The translations under genes and the position numbers were made by a program. Positions 27,907 through 33,275 of a DNA stretch of 33,275 nucleotides are shown here, in pieces (the first letter of the stretch is position 1; each line of letters starts with the position of its first letter). Source of the DNA: an uncultured Syntrophales bacterium (lineage in GTDB: Bacteria > Desulfobacterota > Syntrophia > Syntrophales > JAAYKM01); the NCBI GenBank assembly GCA_964541005.1, contig CAZIPU010000006.1, positions 1 to 33,275 on the forward strand, given 5' to 3'. The notes beneath the pieces are model-generated. The model saw only the letters and a program-made list of their open reading frames with translations, made no database searches and was not told the DNA's origin.

Positions 27907-29085
27907 TTAACGCCAACGCCACGACAGAATTCCCTTCCTTCTGTTGCTCACACCCGAAATGCGTGCGGCCAGCTCTCTGAAACTCTCCGTAATCTCGGCC
28001 GCCGGACTCTGTATTGTAAGCGGTTTACCCTGGTTGATCGCCCCCATCGTATTCTGAAAATCGTTCGGAATGTTCATGAAAATCTGTTTCTGCAATGTCT
28101 TGGCGGCATCTTCCGCGCTGATCACCGAACGTTTCTGATAACGGTTTACAAGAATCCTGATCCGTTCCTCGGCAGGAAACCCGAATCTCATGAAAGCGTC
28201 CAGCATCCTCCTGACGTTAATCAGACAGGGAAGACTGAGTAAAGTAACGATCAGCACGGTATCGGACATTTTCAACACTGCCTTGGAAAAGTCGTCCATA
28301 CTTTGCCCGGCGTCGACGATGATGTAGTCGAACATGGATTTCATCTCCAAAAGGAGGGTCCCCATGATATCGGAATCGACACGTAACTCGTCTTGCAGGC
28401 TGACGGGAGAGGGCAGCACATACAACCCGCTGTCTTTATGGGACATGACGTCCATCAGGTATGTATAGTCCAGGCGGTAGATGTTCTTGGCGACTTCCGA
28501 CCAGTCGAATGTCGGGGTCAGTCCCAGAAAAAGCGGGATTTCCCCGAAAACCAGGTTCATGTCGATCAGGGCGACCGATTTCTCACGATCGGCATCCCGC
28601 AGGCATGTGGCCAGGTTCACGGCCACGGTGGTTGTTCCGACACCGCCCTTGCTCCCGATAATACTGATGATTTTCCCCTGTTTGGCCGGTCCTTCCGTTT
28701 TTTTCGATACCGGTCCCGATTGTTTGTGAATCAATTTCTGCAGGGCGGCTTTGACCTCTTCCGCCTTAAGGGGTTGTGAAAAGAATTCTTTGACCCCGGC
28801 TCTCATGGCCTCGATCAGGACTTCCGGCTTAATGAATTTGGAGGTCAGAAACACTTTAGCGGCAATCCCCGAATGGATGGCCTGGTGGACAAGGGGAAAT
28901 TCTTCCTCCGCATTTTCCCCCAGCTGCATGATCAGGAGATCCGCGATCCCCGTATCCGTTTCCCCGTAGAGACTGCATCCTTCCACAGACGAAATGATCC
29001 GCACGAATTCCTTGTGAACGGAGTCATCCATTCCGGCAAGGATAATTCTCAATTGCTTTTGTTCCATTGACTTGATCGGTTCCAT
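27907..29085 (-). CDS. tadZ: Flp pilus assembly protein CpaE/TadZ (atypical receiver domain plus MinD/ParA-like ATPase)
   Basis: 392 aa. N-terminal CheY-like fold; by manual alignment the phospho-acceptor position appears to be Q (ADLLIMQL). Then a deviant Walker A GSKGGVGTTTVAVNLA. Confidence 0.85.
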   Translation of the reverse strand: MEPIKSMEQKQLRIILAGMDDSVHKEFVRIISSVEGCSLYGETDTGIADLLIMQLGENAEEEFPLVHQAIHSGIAAKVFLTSKFIKPEVLIEAMRAGVKEFFSQPLKAEEVKAALQKLIHKQSGPVSKKTEGPAKQGKIISIIGSKGGVGTTTVAVNLATCLRDADREKSVALIDMNLVFGEIPLFLGLTPTFDWSEVAKNIYRLDYTYLMDVMSHKDSGLYVLPSPVSLQDELRVDSDIMGTLLLEMKSMFDYIIVDAGQSMDDFSKAVLKMSDTVLIVTLLSLPCLINVRRMLDAFMRFGFPAEERIRILVNRYQKRSVISAEDAAKTLQKQIFMNIPNDFQNTMGAINQGKPLTIQSPAAEITESFRELAARISGVSNRRKGILSWRWR

Positions 29086-29126
29086 TATTCAATATTCAAT
29101 GCAATGCAAATTTTTCAAGACGGCTT

Positions 29127-29429
29127 TTACTTGCCTCCCATCGACCCGATACTGAACTGATAGGACGTTGACGTTTGTGAACTTTTCTCGAATCCCTTCC
29201 GGTATTTCTCGACCGCATTCTGGGCGGCCTGTCCGTCGATGCCCATGACAGGCGCCCGATTCTTTTCCGCCCCGGGATTAAGGGTCTGGTTGAATTTCTG
29301 CAACTGGTAGGATGTACCGTAATCCCTTTCCAAACGGCTTTGCAGCATATCGGCAGCGTCTGCTGAACTGAAAGCCAAAAACAGGGGGGCAATGACGAAT
29401 AAAACGGATATCCTGATTTTGTTTTTCAT
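29127..29429 (-). CDS. 100-aa secreted protein of unknown function between cpaC and tadZ
   Basis: The internal ATG at 29429 (MKNKIRISVLFVIAPLFLAFSSADAAD) gives a clean signal peptide, with GGAAAG 7-12 nt upstream. It starts 17 nt after the cpaC stop. The longer track ORF (to 29591) would overlap cpaC by 146 nt. No lipobox Cys. Confidence 0.55.
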   Translation of the reverse strand: MKNKIRISVLFVIAPLFLAFSSADAADMLQSRLERDYGTSYQLQKFNQTLNPGAEKNRAPVMGIDGQAAQNAVEKYRKGFEKSSQTSTSYQFSIGSMGGK

Positions 29430-29445
29430 CTTTTCTTTCCTTTCA

Positions 29446-30924
29446 TCACGGAGCGATATGTCCGAAATCCCCTTCAAGACCTCCCTTGTCCGAACCGACC
29501 GGCAGGACCGTCTTTGATGAACGGGGTGAAGGTTCGCCGGATCCTTCCATTCTTCCCAACAGATAGAACTCGAAATCATTGGGTTCCACATACTGATCCG
29601 TCGGCAGGGTCTGTTTCGCCATATCGAGGGGCTTGACCAGGTGCGGCGTCACAATGACAACGAGTTCCGTTTCGTTCTTCTGGAAGGACGTGCTCCGGAA
29701 CAGGACCCCCAGGATGGGAATGTCGCCCAGGACAGGAAACTTGGACACGACTTCACGTGCATCTTCCTTGAGTAACCCCGCAATGGCAAAACTCTGGCCG
29801 TCGGCCAGTTCGATCACCGTGGAAACGCGCCGCGTGGTCAGGGCCGGAACGACATAACCCGAAACAGTCAGGGCATTCGAGAAATCAAGCTCGGAGACCT
29901 CCGGGCTTACAACCATGTTGATCTTATCATTGCCGAGAACGGTCGGCGTGAAATCCAGTCCCACACCATAGGTTTTGTAGTCGATGGTAATGGTCGTGCC
30001 TCCACCGGTGCCGGATTGAGGAACCGGGATCGGGTATTCACCCCCCGCCAGGAAGTTTGCCGTCCGGCCGCTCGTGGTAATCAGGGTCGGTTCGGCAAGT
30101 ACCTTCGTCAGGCCGTTTTCCTTCAGGGCATCAATGAACGTAGTCCAGGAAGCATTAGCCCCCAGGAAATGAAAGATCAATCCGATATTGTCGCTGGCCG
30201 CCAGTGGATTTCCGGGCCAGCCGCCATCCGGAAGGGTGACAAGATTTTTGAGCAGTGAAATGCCGTAGGTCGTCCCCCCTTCGCTGATATAGGCGAAATT
30301 GACGCCCAGGCGCCTCAGGAGGGTTCTTGACATCTCGGAGACCCGGACCTCCAGCATCACCTGGTGGACACCGCCGACCTCAAGGAGGTTCATCACTTTC
30401 GCCTTCTTGTCCTTGTCCCGGGGCGCATAAGCCTCCGCCATTGACAGGACCCGGGCAATGCCGGCGGCGCTGGAAACCGTTCCGGCAAGAACCAGGCAGT
30501 CTTGGCTGGCCGTTACCCGGATATCCTTTTCGCCCGGCAGAATCTCATGGATCTTTTCCTTCAGGCGGACCACATCCGGTGCCACATCGATATCCACAAG
30601 GGCGGCAATTCGGCCGTCGGTCCCCCAGATGGTCGCGTTCGTCATCCCCGGGCTGATCCCGATGAAATAGAGCTGCCGCGGGGAAAGAACCCTCACGTCG
30701 GCGAAATCCTCCGCTCCCAGGGCGACCCGCCGGATATCGACGCCGGTTTCCACAACGAGGGACTGCCCCGTGGTCAGGTTGATTCTCTGTGAAACGGACG
30801 GGTCCATCTTGATCTTGACCGGCCCCACAGCATGGACGGACGTATAAAACCCCATACACAACAGGATAAGACTGGTTACCGCGACAATGGCCGCCAATCG
30901 GCCCGGCTTACGAGGATTCATCAT
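29446..30924 (-). CDS. cpaC: Flp pilus secretin CpaC/RcpA
   Basis: 492 aa. Signal peptide, N-terminal pilus-formation domain, C-terminal secretin domain with VLGDIPILGVLFRS. Confidence 0.92.
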   Translation of the reverse strand: MMNPRKPGRLAAIVAVTSLILLCMGFYTSVHAVGPVKIKMDPSVSQRINLTTGQSLVVETGVDIRRVALGAEDFADVRVLSPRQLYFIGISPGMTNATIWGTDGRIAALVDIDVAPDVVRLKEKIHEILPGEKDIRVTASQDCLVLAGTVSSAAGIARVLSMAEAYAPRDKDKKAKVMNLLEVGGVHQVMLEVRVSEMSRTLLRRLGVNFAYISEGGTTYGISLLKNLVTLPDGGWPGNPLAASDNIGLIFHFLGANASWTTFIDALKENGLTKVLAEPTLITTSGRTANFLAGGEYPIPVPQSGTGGGTTITIDYKTYGVGLDFTPTVLGNDKINMVVSPEVSELDFSNALTVSGYVVPALTTRRVSTVIELADGQSFAIAGLLKEDAREVVSKFPVLGDIPILGVLFRSTSFQKNETELVVIVTPHLVKPLDMAKQTLPTDQYVEPNDFEFYLLGRMEGSGEPSPRSSKTVLPVGSDKGGLEGDFGHIAP

Positions 30925-31817
30925 TCACCCCCCCTGCTGAATTTTTCTTCACTGGATTTGCTTCCCCTGATTACCTCCACGGTGACGGTCTTGACGGGCG
31001 CCGCGGTTGAAGCGCGTCGCACCCGAACGGGCGGCGGTGCAGGCACCTCTCCGCTATAGGAGGATAAAAGTCTCGGCAGCGTGGTTCCTCTTGTCTTGAC
31101 GTCCTCCGTATCGGCATAGTTACGAAGGGCCAGTTGAAGTCTGCCCTCCGTGGCCGCCAGGGCCAGTTTCTCTCCCTCTTCCGGGGTGACCTCGAGGGTG
31201 ATCACATCCACCATCTTCGGTTTTTCCTTCTGGTCTCCGGACTGCTCGACTTCAGACCCGGCCGCCAGGACGAGGATGTTCTCCAGGACGATCTTGGTGA
31301 TCGTACTCGAAACATTATCCTGTTCGGATTTATTCAGGGACACCAGGACATCGACCCGGTGACCGGGACGGATAAAGCCGGAAATGCCGATCACCTTGTC
31401 CACCTTCACTGCCATGGCCCTTTTCCGTGGCGCCACCACGGCCGCCATACCGCCCGTTTTCACATCAACAGGAGCCAGCTTCGCCTCCGTTATGGGCTCG
31501 TTGACCTGTATCGGGTAAAGGACAACCCGGCCGACGGCAGCCGACGGTACTGAAACATACCCTGCGGGAAGACTCTCTTTCAGATAGGGCTGGGTTTTGA
31601 CAGAATCCTTTGTGATCACCGTCCCCCATTTCATTTCAGAAGCGGCTACAACAATCTGCTGGGTGTTGCCGATCCCCTGCCCGGCGTCCGTCTTTTTCTG
31701 TAGCAGGCTGTAACTCCAGAAACTGACCAGGGCCGCAATCGCCACGGCAAGGACGAGCATGATGATCGGTACCGAGATTCGGTTTTTGACACCTTCTCCA
31801 ATTTTCTTAATGTCCAT
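30921..31817 (-). CDS. cpaB: Flp pilus assembly protein CpaB/RcpC
   Basis: 298 aa. N-terminal TM anchor, SAF-like region, RcpC-type domain. ATGA overlap with the cpaC start (30921-30924). Confidence 0.88.
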   Translation of the reverse strand: MDIKKIGEGVKNRISVPIIMLVLAVAIAALVSFWSYSLLQKKTDAGQGIGNTQQIVVAASEMKWGTVITKDSVKTQPYLKESLPAGYVSVPSAAVGRVVLYPIQVNEPITEAKLAPVDVKTGGMAAVVAPRKRAMAVKVDKVIGISGFIRPGHRVDVLVSLNKSEQDNVSSTITKIVLENILVLAAGSEVEQSGDQKEKPKMVDVITLEVTPEEGEKLALAATEGRLQLALRNYADTEDVKTRGTTLPRLLSSYSGEVPAPPPVRVRRASTAAPVKTVTVEVIRGSKSSEEKFSRGGE

Positions 31818-31852
31818 TTTTACCCGCTCCTTTTTATGATAGTCCCCTGAAT

Positions 31853-31981
31853 GTCATCCTGAACACGACTCCCCTCCATCCAGGTCATACGAAGCAACAC
31901 ACTTTCCGCATGTCGTCCTTGACACAGCGAAGGATCTAATCCGTCCGGGAGATTCCTCGTCGCTGCGCGCCTCAGAATGAC
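31853..31981. repeat. cluster of three hairpin-module repeats inside the tadV-cpaB intercistronic gap
   Basis: gtcatcctgaacacgactcccctccatcc (31853-31881), gtcgtccttgacacagcgaaggatc (31912-31936), gattcctcgtcgctgcgcgcctcagaatgac (31951-31981). Confidence 0.6.
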
Positions 31982-32048
31982 CTCGAAGCGGCAGCCATCC
32001 CTCCCCCCTTCTTAACTCGGTTCATCAAGAACACCGCCCCTTTGGCCG

Positions 32049-32561
32049 CTAAATCTTGAAAAACATCGACGCGACGGTCCCCAGGGCAATGGCAACCCCG
32101 TAGCAGAGCACCGGAGAAGGCGCCTGTTCCTCATCCGCAAAAAGGATCGGTTTCCTATGCACAATCGACAGAAACAGCATAGAAAGTATTCGTTTCGCAG
32201 AAACCTTCAACCGTCCCTTCACCGCCAGGACGATCACGGCATAAACGCCCCCCGCGAAGGCGGTGAAAAGAAACGCCTGTAACACCCCCGCCGGCCCCAG
32301 GAGGCTGCCGACGGCCCCCATGAGCTTGACGTCCCCGGCTCCCATCATGCCGGCCAGGTAAAAGGCGAAGAGAAGCCCGACACCGACTGCCAAACCGCCC
32401 GTACTTAACCCAAACCCCGCCAGACCGGTCAAACAGGAATGATAAGCGATGCCAAAGAGCATGGCCGGCAGCGTCAGCAGGTTGGGAATCTTCCGGTAAA
32501 GCAGATCCGCAACCACCGCCCAGGCCAGGATGATCAAAAGAACCGTCGTGATAAATGTCAT
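32049..32561 (-). CDS. tadV: prepilin peptidase, A24 family (CpaA/TadV)
   Basis: 170 aa, all-membrane. Two catalytic Asp contexts (VADLLYRKIPN and GAGDVKLMGAVG). No methyltransferase domain, as expected for TadV. Confidence 0.9.
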   Translation of the reverse strand: MTFITTVLLIILAWAVVADLLYRKIPNLLTLPAMLFGIAYHSCLTGLAGFGLSTGGLAVGVGLLFAFYLAGMMGAGDVKLMGAVGSLLGPAGVLQAFLFTAFAGGVYAVIVLAVKGRLKVSAKRILSMLFLSIVHRKPILFADEEQAPSPVLCYGVAIALGTVASMFFKI

Positions 32562-32590
32562 AGAACCCCGGATTCGTCCTCACCCGAATG

Positions 32591-32749
32591 TTATGGAAAT
32601 ACCAGCCGGGAGAAGAAGTTGAGCACCGCCGTCCCCAGCAATCCTACAATCACTACAATAATAGCCGCGATCGCCGAAGCCAAAATGGCGTACTCGATTG
32701 CCGCGGCACCTTCTTCGTGATGTCGCCTTCTGTTCTTCCACTGAATCAT
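32591..32749 (-). CDS. flp: Flp-family type IVb/c pilin, second copy
   Basis: 52 aa from the ATG at 32749: MIQWKNRRRHHEEG / AAAIEYAILASAIAAIIVVIVGLLGTAVLNFFSRLVFP. It has the G/xxxxEY Flp processing motif. The leader length matches the other copy (14 vs 13 aa). The track ORF start at 32803 is a TTG lying inside the hairpin. Confidence 0.8.
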   Translation of the reverse strand: MIQWKNRRRHHEEGAAAIEYAILASAIAAIIVVIVGLLGTAVLNFFSRLVFP

Positions 32750-32796
32750 CCGCCATCGCCATGCTTCCATGAAATCACTTCTCACCATCATCGCAT

Positions 32797-32851
32797 TCCG
32801 CAAGGATCTTACCCGTCAATTCGCCCTGGAAAAGGGTAAGATCCTTGCGGA
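32797..32851 (-). promoter_or_regulatory. 18-bp perfect inverted repeat (RNA hairpin) between the two flp genes
   Basis: tccgcaaggatcttaccc (32797-32814) and gggtaagatccttgcgga (32834-32851), with a 19-nt loop. It begins 21 nt after the flp-1 stop and ends 47 nt before the flp-2 ATG. No U-tract follows on the minus strand. Confidence 0.65.
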
Positions 32852-32872
32852 CATTTGGCCCTTCTCATATTA

Positions 32873-33040
32873 TTAATGTGCTTCTAGTTCCGTTAATACT
32901 GTCTGAAATGCATCGTTAATTTCCGTGCCAATACTGAAAACAACCAAAACAATGACCGCCGCAATGGCCGCCACCATGAGTCCGTATTCAACGGCCGTGG
33001 CGCCTTCTTCATCCCTGAAAAATCCGATCAGTCTTTTCAT
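32873..33040 (-). CDS. flp: Flp-family type IVb/c pilin, first copy (likely major pilin)
   Basis: 55 aa from the ATG at 33040: MKRLIGFFRDEEG / ATAVEYGLMVAAIAAVIVLVVFSIGTEINDAFQTVLTELEAH. AAAGGAGAAGG SD directly upstream. Classic Flp motif. Confidence 0.88.
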   Translation of the reverse strand: MKRLIGFFRDEEGATAVEYGLMVAAIAAVIVLVVFSIGTEINDAFQTVLTELEAH

Positions 33041-33142
33041 GTTCCTTCTCCTTTCATTCTTTGCTTTGATAGACATTTTGTTTTCAAACACCTTTTACCG
33101 CCTTCTTTGTTTTTCTTTCCTTGCCTGCCCAGTTCTTAGAGC

Positions 33143-33275
33143 TGGTCTGGAGAAATTGGACAGGTGCATAAGTGGTTAATCTGCTCTATAAGAAGAAACA
33201 GGAGGAGCAGGATATGAGCAAGCGACCAAGAAGGAATCATGCACCGGCGTTCAAGGCCAAGGTAGCGTTGGAGGC
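33143..33275 (+). mobile_element. left end of an IS3-family insertion sequence (continues past the right edge)
   Basis: Candidate left terminal repeat starting with TG: TGGTCTGGAGAAATTGGACAGG. It resembles IS3/IS150-group ends as I recall them. The transposase OrfA start follows. The boundary cannot be confirmed without the right end. Confidence 0.5.
33214..33275 (+). CDS. IS3-family transposase OrfA, first 20 codons
   Basis: AGGAGG 6-7 nt upstream. MSKRPRRNHAPAFKAKVALE matches the conserved N-terminus (basic stretch plus FKAKVALEA) of IS3-family HTH OrfA proteins. Confidence 0.65.
   Translation, partial: MSKRPRRNHAPAFKAKVALE

Noticed and set aside
29127-29591. 154-aa version of the small ORF, and the overlapping 98-aa ORF 29096-29392
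   Set aside because: The long version overlaps the cpaC 3' end by 146 nt and its extra N-terminus has no signal or SD. The internal ATG at 29429 gives a proper signal peptide. The 98-aa ORF is an alternative frame of the same DNA with Arg/Pro/Ser-rich junk sequence.
32750-32803. 70-aa version of the second flp starting at TTG 32803
   Set aside because: The TTG lies inside the 18-bp hairpin stem. The extra 18 aa are atypical for Flp leaders. The ATG at 32749 gives a leader length matching the first flp copy.

Overview
33.3-kb bacterial chromosomal window. Taxonomy is inference only: the protein signatures and GTCAT...ATCC hairpin repeats recall syntrophic or sulfate-reducing Deltaproteobacteria. 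1-16.4 kb is mostly housekeeping, largely on the minus strand. It holds the lysC 5' end, tsaE, folP with an N-terminal extension, ftsH, tilS and a HAD phosphatase. It also holds a DUF2520-like oxidoreductase coupled to panB, a parvulin lipoprotein, a GT-A-like glycosyltransferase coupled to miaA, a csp gene, and a pepA / two ABC ATPase / hydrolase operon. 16.4-21.9 kb looks accessory. It starts with a 1-kb gene-free region containing a 240-bp tandem repeat built from hairpin modules. An orphan AAA+ ATPase follows, with an unlisted 52-aa membrane micro-ORF downstream. Then comes an AT-rich islet with a GT-C-like membrane protein and a family-9 glycosyltransferase split by a 5-bp tandem duplication. 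22.0-33.1 kb is a complete Tad/Flp (type IVc) pilus operon on the minus strand: flp, flp, tadV, cpaB, cpaC, small secreted ORF, tadZ, tadA, tadB, tadC and two TPR lipoproteins. No TadE/F/G pseudopilins are recognisable. An 18-bp perfect hairpin sits between the two flp genes, and hairpin repeats lie in two intercistronic gaps. The window ends in the left end of an IS3-family element. No rRNA, tRNA or CRISPR array was seen. I see no clearly novel system. The best candidates for something undescribed are the ATPase/micro-ORF module, the repeat architecture, and the glycosyltransferase islet next to the tad operon. All functional calls come from reading motifs by eye, with no searches run.
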